Shown one piece after another: positions 40,001 through 53,300 of a DNA stretch of 64,000 bases; positions within the stretch are counted from its first letter, which is position 1; the number at the start of each line of letters is the position of its first letter. Below the pieces are notes generated by a model. That model had not been told where the DNA came from, searched no databases, and saw only the letters and a program-made list of their open reading frames with translations. The DNA is taken from the NCBI GenBank assembly GCA_964016885.1, contig OZ024746.1, positions 98,704,001-98,768,000 of the forward strand. The letters are read 5' to 3'. Position numbers and translations under genes: made by a program. This DNA is from Eledone cirrhosa (Eukaryota).

Positions 40001-43000
40001 CAACCAACAGGAGACCCAGGGTTGACACCAAGCAAGATGCTTGGCTGGTCATGCTTGGGGATCCAGCCGGATCAGTTGGAGACAGTTGCTTCCGACAGGA
40101 CCCAGTGAAGGGAGAGTTCAAGGACTCTTCCCCCACGACCCTCTTGGGAATAAGTGGGCTAAGAGATGACAGATGAAGAAGATTGCTGTTGTTGTCTTAC
40201 AAAATGTTTATATGTACTGTCCTACATATTTTGTCTCCCCGCATCACTGTATGTGTTTGTCATTTTCTGTTCTTCTAGTCACTTTGTTCTGATCAATACA
40301 ATCTACCTATTGATTCTTTCCAATCAATAAGCTAGATTTCAATAATACCGATATCATTATTCGTCGGCAGCATTATCAGCACCACTTCTACTGATATCGT
40401 CACTAACATCATCACCATCACCACCATCATCGCCATCATCATCACTACAACCACCATCATCCCCACCATCACCACAGCCATCATCACCACCACCACCACC
40501 ACCATCACTACCACCATCACTGTCATCACCACCACCACCATCACTACCACCATCACCACCATCACTACCACCATCACCATCACCACCACCACAATCATCA
40601 TCATCACTATCCATAGTAATATGCTTTAGTTGGATTATATTCAATAACATTATTAAACATTTCTTTGTTTATATATCGTGACATCAGGTTGTTCTGTGAT
40701 GTTGTTGTTGTCGTGGATCTTCGAACAATGATTTATTGTGACAATAAGTGATGAATTCACAATGTACGTCACAAGTATGAAAATACCCTCTTGACAGGTG
40801 CAATGTGTCCGAACACGGAAGGGCCGAACTCCCAGTGTCATCGCCCCCATCTCTCCCACACTCCCCATCTCTCTGTATGGTGAGCAAATGGGGTCGTCCC
40901 ACGTGCTGGCCTCCTCACAGCCTCAGCGGACAGAGTGGAGGAGTTTCCCCGGAGCATGGTAAGGGAGATGCACTGGAAGAGCCATTCCATCTCATGGGGC
41001 TCACACCTGCGGCTGGCCAGCTCAGTGGCGATGGTGGTGAGTAAGGAGGAGGTAGCCCTAGGGCCAGGGAAACCAGAAGTACCCACTGCTACAGGGTGTG
41101 ATGGTGGATCTAATAAGGAGATAGCCCTAGGGCCAGGGACACCAGAAGTCCCCACTGCTACGGGGTGGTGATGGTGGTGAGTAGGAAGGGCCAATGACAC
41201 ATATATTGTAAACACTCACTGATATCAACACCACACCCCACCATATGTTGTATACAAACCTCCATATCAACACCACCCCACCATATGTTGTATACAAACC
41301 TTCATATTAACACCACACCCCACCATATATTGTATACAAACCTCCATATCAACACCACCCCACCATATGTTGTATACAAACCTCCATATCAACACCACCC
41401 CACCATATGTTGTATACAAACCTTCATATTAACACCACACCCCACCATATATTGTATACAAACCTCCATATCAACACCACCCCACCATATATTGTATACA
41501 AACCTCCATATTAACACCACACCCCACCATATATTGTATACAAACCTTCATATTAACACCACACCCCACCATATATTGTATACAAACCTCCATATTAACA
41601 CCACACCCCACCATATATTGTATACAAACCTTCATATTAACACCACACCCCACCATATATTGTATACAAACCTTCATATTAACACCACACCCCACCATAT
41701 ATTGTATACAAACCTCCATATTAACACCACACCCCACCATATATTGTATACAAACCTCCATATTAACACCACCCCACCATATATTGTATACAAACCTTCA
41801 TATTAACACCACACCCCACCATATATTGTATACAAACCTTCATATTAACACCACACCCCACCATATATTGTATACAAACCTTCATATTAACACCACACCC
41901 CACCATATATTGTATACAAACCTCCATATTAACACCACCCCACCATATATTGTATACAAACCTTCATATTAACACCACCCCACCATATATTGTATACAAA
42001 CCTCCATATTAACACCACCCCACCATATGTTGTATACAAACCTTCATATTAACACCACCCCACCATATATTGTATACAAACCTCCATATTAACACCACCC
42101 CACCATATATTGTATACAAACCTTCATATTAACACCACCCCACCATATATTGTATACAAACCTTCATATTAACACCACCCCACCATATATTGTATACAAA
42201 CCTCCATATTAACACCACCCCACCATATATTGTATACAAACCTTCATATTAACACCACCCCACCATATATTGTATACAAACCTCCATATTAACACCACCC
42301 CACCATATATTGTATACAAACCTCCATATTAACACCACACCCCACCATATATTGTATACAAACCTCAATATTAACACCACCCCACCATATATTGTATACA
42401 AACCTCCATATTAACACCACCCCACCATATGTTGTATACAAACCTTCATATTAACACCACCCCACCATATATTGTATACAAACCTCCATATTAACACCAC
42501 ACCCCACCATATATTGTATACAAACCTCCATATTAACACCACCCCACCATATGTTGTATACAAACCTTCATATTAACACCACACCCCACCATATATTGTA
42601 TACAAACCTTCATATTAACACCACACCCCACCATATATTGTATACAAACCTCCATATTAACACCACACCCCACCATATATTGTATACAAACCTCCATATT
42701 AACACCACACCCCACCATATATTGTATACAAACCTTCATATTAACACCACACCCCACCATATATTGTATACAAACCTTCATATTAACACCACACCACCAC
42801 ACCACCACCACCACCACCACCACCACCACCACCAACAACACCAACAACACCAACACCAACAACACCAACAACACCAACACCACCAACACCAACACCAACA
42901 CCATCATCACCACCACCAACACCACCATCAATACCACCATCACCAACGCCACCATCACCACCAACATCACCAACACCACCACCATCACCACCAACATCAC

Positions 43001-44298
43001 CAACACCACCACCACCACAATCAACATCACCACCACCACCACCACCACCATCACCACCATCACCATCACCACCAACACCACCACCACCATCAACACCAAC
43101 ACCACCATCAACACCACCACCACCACCACCATCACCACCATCACCATCACCACCAACATCACCAACACCACCACCATCACCACCAACATCACCAACACCA
43201 CCACCACCACAATCAACATCACCACCACCACCACCACCACCACCACCACCACCACCATCACCACCACCACCATCAACACCAACACCACCATCAACACCAC
43301 CACCACCACCACCATCAACACCATCACCACCACCACCAACAACACCACCACCATCAACAACACCATCAGCACCACCACCACCAACACCACCACCAACACC
43401 ACCACCACCAACACCACCAGCACCACCACCATCAGCACCACCACCACCAACACCACCACCACCATCAACACCACCACCACCAAAAACCACCAACACCATC
43501 ACCACCAACAACAACACCACCGACGTTCTGATCTTACAGAGGTACCCGGCTGTACGGGGCTCCAAGTACCCCTGAGCTCCCGACTGTTATGATGATGCAG
43601 CAGCCAGACAGTTCCCCTTCCCTCTACATAAGCGAGCCGTGGTTTGTGGCAGAAACAACTAAGTTGGAGGCAGAGAACCCTACATTATACTTTATAGTAT
43701 TGCAAATATGAATGTAGCTTCCAAGTAGAGTTTTACATGTTTACAAAGTCAGTGGATTATCTGATCAACCAATTTTCCTAAATTGAATAATATATAATAA
43801 TAATGAAATTATTGTGTAAAGTGCTCAGGTGCACCACAACTCGTCAATATAGTACATAGAATAATACACATATATATATATATATAGTACATAGAATAAT
43901 ACACATATATATATATATAGTACATAGAATAATACACATATATATATATATAGTACATAGAATAATACACATATATATATATATAGTACATAGAATAATA
44001 CACATATATATATATAGTACATAGAATAATACACATATATATATATATATATATATAAATTGAAGGATAGGTATCTTGAACTTTATTTTATCATGAGTTA
44101 AGGCTCTATTGATTTTTCCCTGGATTTCACTAAATTCTGTGGATGAATTTATATCCTGATTCTCTTTAAGATGAGTTTAAATTATTTTTCCCACATCTTA
44201 CGTTAACTATTTTTCCCATTTTGACGCTATAGTCACTTATATACTATGGAATGCTGTTCGCTTTTCGCTGCAGTGTTTTCTATACCTTTCATTTATAC

Positions 44299-44354
<56 letters not shown>

Positions 44355-47300
44355 ATGCTTTGTAAGGGTCATGTTGCCAATAAGAAACGCAACGAAAGGT
44401 TGTGAGTTCAATTCTCAAACCGGGTGATGTGTTGTCTCCCTGAGCAAGACACTTTATTTCACAGTGCTCCAGTTTACTCAGCTGTAGAAATGAGATGATT
44501 GGACTAGGGGTCCCTATCATTCCACTGTAAAGTGGTCGTGGAGGTGCCACGGCAAAAAAGCACCCAGCCCACACTGTAAAGTGGACGTGTAGGCGCCATG
44601 GAAAAAAAAGCACCCAGTACTCACTGTAAATGAGGTTGGTGTTAGGAAGGGCATCCAGCTGTAGAAATCGGGCCAGAATCAGTTCCTGTCCCACCTTTGC
44701 AAGCAGGGAAAAGCGGACGTAAAATGATGTTGATGATGATATATCATCATCATTCTATATCCACTTTTCCCTGCTTGTGAGACTTTCACTGTTTCACAAG
44801 TACAAAGTGTTCTAAGTTAATTTTGAATAAATAAATGTTGTTGTTGTTTAGCTCCAGCTCAGCTCTGATCAAACTGACAGACTTATGATCAAAGCTTAAA
44901 TCTAATCCATAGTGAGGCAAGGACTAATTAAGTGCAGGTCGTAGCAGATGGGGTCAACAGGACTGCCTATTGTCAAATTGTTCAAAACATGAATTTATGA
45001 TTGGTGAAAATATCAGGCAGAGGCATTGCACTAGTTACTGCTATGGGAACCCACACATGCTAGTACACGGGCTTGTAAATACACGAATCTTGCAATAACC
45101 GTGCTGGATACAGACAAGTGGAGAAGTATAAATTATCTATGTTGTCTGAGGAAACTCAACAGAAGGACTAAAGACAAAGTTTTAATAATTGTTTCTACTT
45201 TTGGCACAAGGCCAGCAATTATCCCAGTGCATTACTGGTACTTTATTTTATCGACCCCGTAAGGATGAAAGGCAAAGTTAACCTCGGCGGGATTTTAACT
45301 CAGAATGGAAAGGGCCATAACTCTATGCGTCAAAGTATGGCGTCCAACCCTCTACCGATACTGTCATACCACCACCCTTGTTTTAATAATGGCTTCAAAA
45401 AATATACCAACAGCATGGCTTGGATGCTGCAGGCTTCCCCTCCTAGCTTGAGCTGGCGGGGCTGGACAAGGGTATGGCAAAAGGCCAGACATCATGACCA
45501 TCTTCCTATTCTGCAATGGTATGCCCCTCCTCTGGGATACCAGATGGAGCAACACTTTCTCCACCAGCAACCTGGTGCAGTCTGCAATTAATCCAGGCTC
45601 TGCTGCATTTCGGGCCAAGGAGAGTAAACTCTCCAAATATCGGTTGCTCTCTGACAGGTTTGCAGTGGAGACTTCTGGTGTCCTTGGCCCTAGGACTACC
45701 TCCCTACTCACCCCCATCACCACCCCTTAGCAGTGGAGACTTCTGGTGTCCTTGGCCCTAGGACTACCTCCCTACTCACCCCCATCACCACCCCTTAGCA
45801 GTGGAGACTTCTGGTGTCCTTGGCCCTAGGACTACCTCCCTACTCACCACCATCAGCACCCCGTAGCAGTGGAGACTTCTGGTGTCCTTGGCCCTAGGAC
45901 CACCTCCCTACTCACCACCATCACCACCCCGAAGCAGTGGAGACTTCTGGTGTCCTTGGCCCTAGGACCACCTCCCTACTCACCCCCATCAGCACAGAGT
46001 TGTCTACCCACAGGTGTGAGCCTCGTGAGCTGAAATGGTCCTTCCAACACGTCTCCCTCACCATCCTCCAGGGAAACACCTATTCTATTCTGTCCGCAAG
46101 AGCCGCGGCGCGGCCAGTGTGTAGGCCCCCTTTTGCTTATAACAGTGAGAGATGGGGAGAGCAGGAGAAATGGAAGCAGTGACAATGGGAATTTGATTCC
46201 ATTGTGTTCTGACATTATATATATATATATAAGTGCTGTGGTATGGCAGTATCCGTAGAGGGTCGGATGCCATGCTTTGTAGCATAGAGTTACGCCCCTT
46301 TACAATCTGAGTTCAAATCCCGCTGAGGTTAACTTAGCCTTTCATCCTTACAGGGTTGATAAAATAAAGTACCAGTAATGTACTGGGATAATTGCTGGCC
46401 TTGTGCCAAAAGTAGAAACAATTATATATATAAATATATATAAGTATTTATGACCACCACCACTGTTCAAAGCCTCGCTCCTTTGTTCGGTGGAAGGAGA
46501 TAGAATTAATATCTGGCCTGGCTTGCTAGATTGACAAAGTCCCTTCAAATCAGTTTGTCTTTTAATCTTGTTGACATATTGTGATAGCAACTTTTGTTTT
46601 CTGTAGTTGATCACTATTCCTGCTGCTCAGTGAATGGAGATATTTATTTAATCAATGTAAACGTCTGTATAGAGCTAGTAAGCCATCACAGACTAGGGGA
46701 AGTATCAAGTACTCCTTACAGTTGGTAATCAAGAAGAGCTAGTGAGACAAGTAATTTTTTTTTTTTATTAATGGGGGGGGGGGTAGGCCAGTGGGAGGCA
46801 GATTATGGATAAGAAAAATAAAATAAAAAGGAAAATAGGAAAGAATGGAAGCTGTAAAACAGAAGTTTTTCTTGTTGAATCTCTTCATGGCTTCCATGTA
46901 CTCAAATATTTTATTTATATTTGGTAGACCTGTTTGTTTTAACCCTTTAGTAATTAAACTAGCCATATCCAGCCAGAATCCTCTCACCTCTCTCTGTTCA
47001 AACCATCCATAACTAGCTGCTCATACTGATGTTAACATATTGTTTTCAAAATAACTAACATCAAAATCTCATAGATTCGATATGTGTGATAAAGCATTTA
47101 CCACAAAAATACAATAGTATATGTAGAGTAATGTAAAGGGTTAAACTTGATTTTTTGTTTTGCAGGCTTAAGAAATGGTTGGAAGATTCTAAGTCCATTG
47201 AAGTCATTTGTTGTCTATGCTGCCACTTCGAGTGAAAAGTCAGAATGGATGGCGCACATCCGCAAGTGTGTTTCATATTTAATCAAGAAAAGTAAGTTTT

Positions 47301-50300
47301 TACTTTACCTTCCATCCACATTAATTAGGCATTATTTTTCTTTTATGTTGATAGTATTTCTTGAGGTTGATATAATAAATAGTAAAGTGTCTAGTGAGTT
47401 AAGGGAGCCCTCCAGCCATGACAGAGTAACATCTCTAGTGTTGGAGATAGGAGGGGTATGACAGAGTAACATCTCTAGTGTTGGAGATAGGAGGGGTATG
47501 ACAGAGTAACCTCTCTAGTGTTGGTGTTGGGGGAAGGTGTAAAGAGGGCAGGTCTGGCTAAGAGAAAAAGAAGGGGTAAATAAGGGCAGATCTGGCTATA
47601 TGGGTAGGTGATTGAAAGGGCATCCAACTGCAGAAAACCTGCCAAAAATGTGTCCAGAGGACTTTTCAGTTGTGTCAAAGGCATGACAACCTCTTTACTG
47701 TTGATGTTCTGCACCTTTAGAGATTGTGTCTTGACATAACTGAAGAGCCCCACCCTTTGGCATTTAAACCAAGGTTAGTTTTATTTTCAGGGCATTCTAG
47801 TCATGTTGATTCCATCTTATTCTGAAACAATAGATTTACGAATATGTGTCTCCCTTGCCCTTTATTTTTTTTTTAGACTGTTGGACATGTTAGAATGTTT
47901 CAGGAAAGAATCGCTGGACATATTTTCCAATGTTTTTTTTTAACCCTTTCATGACCTCATTTCTCATGAAGTACACTCTATTTTAATTAATTAATTAATG
48001 AAGAATTTTCATTACTAAGATACTAATTAATGTAAAGTTCTTACATAAAATTATGTTGGCAGATTTTTATTTAAATTGGAAACATTTAAAATGGGCAGTT
48101 TTATTTCATAGAACCAGAGCTGGTTTTGGTTGGGTCAGTAAATAAATGGTTAATGGAGAATTTTGAGGGATTTATTAAAATTATTAATTGATTACTGAGA
48201 TACTAACCTAATGTAAGGTTCTTATATAAAATTATGTTAGAAGATTTTAATTTAAATTGGAAACATTTAAATTAGGTGGTTTTATTCCATAGAACCAGAG
48301 CTGGTTTTGGCTGGGTTGGTAACTAAAGGGTTAACATTATGGTTCTATTTCAGGAGGAATTGAACAAAAGCCAGACTTGAACTGCCCTGTTTGGGTGCCA
48401 GATGCAGATGCTTCTGAATGTATGCTTTGTAAAAAATCTGTATTCTCTGTTATCAACAGACGGGTAAGTGAGCCAGGTTTTTGTTTTCTTTGTGAATTCT
48501 GTTTAGATGTTTCAATATTGTTATTCTGATTAGGCAGTGGATTGGCAGTATCGGTAGAGGGTCGGACGCCATGCTTTCCAGCTTAGTTACGTCCCTTTAC
48601 GATCTGAGTTCAAATCCCGCCGAGGTTAACTTTGCCTTTCATCCTTACAGGGTTGATAAAATAAAGTACCAGTAATGCACTGGGTAATTGCTGGCCTTGT
48701 GCCTAAAGTAGAAACAGTTATTCTGATTAGGCACATGGCCAATTGATGCCTTCAATCAACCCCAGTATATTACTGTTGGCCACCTGCAGGAGTTGGATTG
48801 GCTATTTCAACATGTCTCCCTCACCATCCTCTCATCATCATCAGCAGCATCACCGTTTTATGTCCATTCTTCCACGCTAGCATGGGTTAGACAGGTTGTC
48901 CTGTTGTGGGCGATGTTAGGTCAGGTAACCTTGTCTTGCTCATACGGGAACTGATTTTGGCTCAGTTTCTACAGCAGGATGCCCTTCCTAATACCAACCT
49001 CATTTACAGTGAGCGTTTGATGCTTTTTTTTTCGTGACACCTCTACGACGACTTTGCAGTGGCAGGGTGTGGGGGTATATTGTCTATATGCGTCAGCTTC
49101 AGCTTGTTCCTGTGGGAAGTCGGGTCTTCTGTATTCTCAAGCAATGTTATCTCCATTCTGTCTGTTGGAACTATGAGGCAGCTGACACCTAGAGTTCTGT
49201 ATATCAGACAGTATTTTCCTACATTAACCCTTTAGCAGTTAGATTACTCTATATTTACTATTGTATTTCTGTAGTAAAGGCTTTATCTTACATACATATC
49301 TCATATAATATCGAATCTATGAGATTTTGATATTATTTATTTTGAGAACAATACCTTAACATCAGTATGAGTGACCAGTTATAGCTGGTTTCAACAGAAA
49401 GAGGTGAGATAACTGGCAGATATGTCCAGTTTAATCTAAAGGATTAAATATATCAATTTTTTGTTACATGAGCGATTTGAGGGTGATTTGGGCTGTGTTT
49501 CAGGCAAGTTGAGTAACCACATAGCTGTTCCCTCCTTGTTTTGAGAGTTAAGAAAGTAGCTTTTAATAGTAATGTTTCATATGTTGGTTGTTGTTGTTGT
49601 TGTGTTGTGGTTGTTGTATTGTTGTGTGTTGTACATGTGTTGTTGTGTGTTGTACATGGTGTTGTTGTTTGTTGTACATGTTGTATTGTGTTGTACATGT
49701 TGTATTGTGGTGTTATACATGTGTTGTGTTGTACATGTTGTGTTGTGGTGTGTTCTACATGTTGTGGTGTGTTCTACATGTGTTGTTGTGTGTTGTACAT
49801 GTTGTGTTGTGGTGTGTTGTACATGTGTTATGTGTTGTACATGTTGTGTTGTACATGTTGTATTGTGGTGTGTTCTACATGTTGTGTTGTTGTGTGTTGT
49901 ACATGTTGTGTTGTGTGTTGTACATGGTGTTGTGTGTTGTACATGGTGTTGTTGTGTGTTGTACATGGTGTTGTTGTGTGTTGTACATGGTGTTGTTGTG
50001 TTGTACATGGTGTTGTTGTGTGTTGTACATGTGGTATTGTGGTGTGTTGTACATGTGTTGTTGTGTTGTACATGTTGTGTTGTTGTGTGTTGTACATGTT
50101 GTATTGTGGTGTGTTATACATGTTGTGTTGTTGTGTGTTGTACATGTTGTGTTGTTGTGTGTTGTACAGTTGTATTGTAGTGATGGTTGTGTTGTAGTGT
50201 GTTGTACATGTTAATCAGTATGGTTAAAACCAGAAACACTGATAAGGACCACCAGTAATTGAGATCAACAGGGAAACTACTCTGCTAATTTAATATTTCT

Positions 50301-53300
50301 ATTATTTCTTCTATGATAGATAATTGTTTCTACTTTTGGCACAAGGTCAGCAATTAACCAGTGTATTACTAGTACTTTATTTTACCGACCCCGTAAGGAT
50401 GAAAGGCAAAGTTAACCTCGGCGGGATTTGAAATCGGAATGGCAAGGGCCGTAACTCTATGCGTCAAAGCATGGCGTCCGACCCTCTACCGGTACTGCCA
50501 ATCCAAATGACATGATCTATCAAGATATATGACAACCAGGACATGGAAGGAAATATTTGATATAACAGACAGGGTTTTGTCAACAAAATACTGTAAATAA
50601 AGAAAGCAAATAAAAATAAATAAATAAATAAAAAATAAATTTAAAAAAAATAAAGAATAAAGAAAGCATTTACAGTATTTTGTTATGCTGGAATTTGGGA
50701 GTAAATGTGTGAATGTGGAAAGATAAGATAAAATATAGTCTTGTTTGTGGCAACATTCCTGACCTGAATGTGTTGGCCCAGCTGCAGCAATGCCTTAACC
50801 TTTTAGAATACTATTGTATTTTCACGGTAAAGGCTTTATCTCACATAATATCTCGCATAATTATCTCACATAATTATTTCACATAATTATCTCGCATAAT
50901 TATTTCACATAATTATCTCACATAATATTTCATTATTGTTATTATTATTATATCATGACTCATACACTGTTCATTTTCCTGACATTTGTACATTATTCTA
51001 TGTACTATACATGCACCTTTGATGAGTTGTAGTGCACCTGAGCACTGTACACAATAATTTCATTATTATTATTATTATTATTATAATATTAAATCTATGG
51101 GATTTTGATATTATTTATATTGAGAACAATGCCTTAACATATATGAGGGGCCAGTTACAGCTGGTTAGAATAGGAAGAGGTGAGAAAATTCTGGCCAGAT
51201 ATGGTCAGTTTAAATGCTAAAGGGTTAAATGATGATGGTGGTGAGTGTCTTGTGTTGTTGGTTACTGATTGGAATATAAAATGGAGAGCGGGGTTAGCAA
51301 GGTGTATAAATCAAATGTCTGACTACCAAGATTGGCTCATTTGCAGTGATTGGAGACATGGATTGTGCTGCCATGATAACAATCAAACTTCACAACAACA
51401 TTAAATTCACAAAAGTTATTATGATAATTAACTTCAAGTGAACTATACAAGATCATTAAATTCATAGGAAATCAATAACATCATTGAATTGATAAACGAT
51501 TATAGGAAAATATAAAATAGTTAAAAATACTGAGGCTAAAATGACATCAGCATATTAAGGATGTTTTTTCAAGATGGAGAGACATAAGATAAGGGATTTT
51601 AGTAGCTATTGCCTGTAAATTACTAATTATACACCCACCTCCCTAATCCCCACATACACGTCCCACCAAAACATCCAGCCCACACTATAAAGTGGTCATG
51701 TAGGTGTCACGACAAAAAAGTATGCAGCCCACACCGTAAAGTGGTTGTGTAGGTGTCACGACAAAAAGCATCCAGCCCACAATATAAAGTGGTCATGTAG
51801 GTGTCACGACAAAAAGCATCCAGCCCAGTATAAAGTGGTTGTGTAGGTGTCACGACAAAAAGCACCCAGCCCACACTGTAAAGTGGTCGTGTAGGTGTCA
51901 CGACAAAAAGTACCCAGTCCACACTGTAAAGTGGTCATGTAGGTGTCACGACAAAAAGCATCCAGCCCAGTATAAAGTGGTTGTGTAGGTGTCATGACAA
52001 AAAGCACCCAGCCCACACTGTAAAGTGGTCGTGTAGGTGTCACGACAAAACGCATCCAGCCCAGTATAAAGTGGTTGTGTAGGTGTCACGACAAAAAGCA
52101 CCCAGCCCACACTGTAAAGTGGTCGTGTAGGTGTCACGACAAAAAGCACCCAGTCCACACTGTAGAGTGGTCATGTAGGTGTCACGACAAAAAGCATCCA
52201 GCCCAGTATAAAGTGGTTGTGTAGGTGTCACGACAAAAAGCACTCAGCCCACACTGTAAAGTGGTCGTGTAGGTGTCACGACAAAAAGCACCCAGTCCAC
52301 ACTGTAAAGTGGTCATGTAGGTGTCACGACAAAAAGCATCCAGCCCAGTATAAAGTGGTTGTGTAGGTGTCACGACAAAAAGCACTCATTTATCTTATAA
52401 TAGTGAGAGTGAGATGGAGACAGTGACTATACCAATATTGATGAAGACTTTTGTAGAGTTAAAGGTTAAGTGATGTTACTCTGTCTGTAGGACCATCCCA
52501 GTACGCTTGTATGTATCATCGTTGTTAGTTAATTTCTGAAGCAGCTAGAGATGGTAGTTGGGGATTAATGGGGGAATGTATTGTATGATTATAATAAGTT
52601 CAGTAAGTAGGGTAGCTAGAAAATATGGAAGACAGGCTTCAGTATAAGGGTAGTGGCAGAGTGGAATATAGCATTGGTTGCCATGACATTGTCTTATTTT
52701 GGCAGTGAATTATTTAGGTTAAATCTATCATAATTAGAGGTATTTGTCTTCTAATTAGAAGAATAATTAATGGTTTCTGATTTGGGCACAAGGCCGGGAG
52801 GAGAAACTTGATTAAATCAACCCCAGTGCATTGCTGGTACTTTATTTTTATCGACCAGCTAAGCATGAAAGACAAAGCTAACCTCGGCAGGATTTGAACT
52901 CAGAATGTAAAGGCCGTAACTCTATGCTGCAAAGCATGATGTCCGATGCTCTACCAATTCACCACCCTCAATGTTTTCTGATTTAGGCAGAAGGCCAACA
53001 ATTTTGACTGGAGGGGAAGGTCAATTAAATTGGCCAGTGCATAACTGGTACTTTATTTTACCGACCCAGTAAGGATAAAAGGCAAAGCTAACCTCAGCAG
53101 AATTTGAACTCAGAACATAAAGGGCTGCAAAGCATGGTGTCCAACGCTCTACCGATTGTGCCACTCCACCGCCCTCAGCCAGAAAGAAATATTAAATGTT
53201 AGAGGAGTAATTAATGATACAAATACAATATTGAACATTTTAAATAAAAATATATTTGTTGTAAGTATTGTTAACTTTGCTTTTCATTCCTTCAGAGTTG

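Noticed and set aside
42533-43565. Poly-His/Gln, poly-Val and poly-Gly ORFs
   Set aside because: Simple CAC/CAA repeat artefacts, open on both strands.
49541-50214. Cys/Val-rich ORFs resembling metallothionein or keratin-associated proteins
   Set aside because: Translations of a GT-rich minisatellite, open in all frames.
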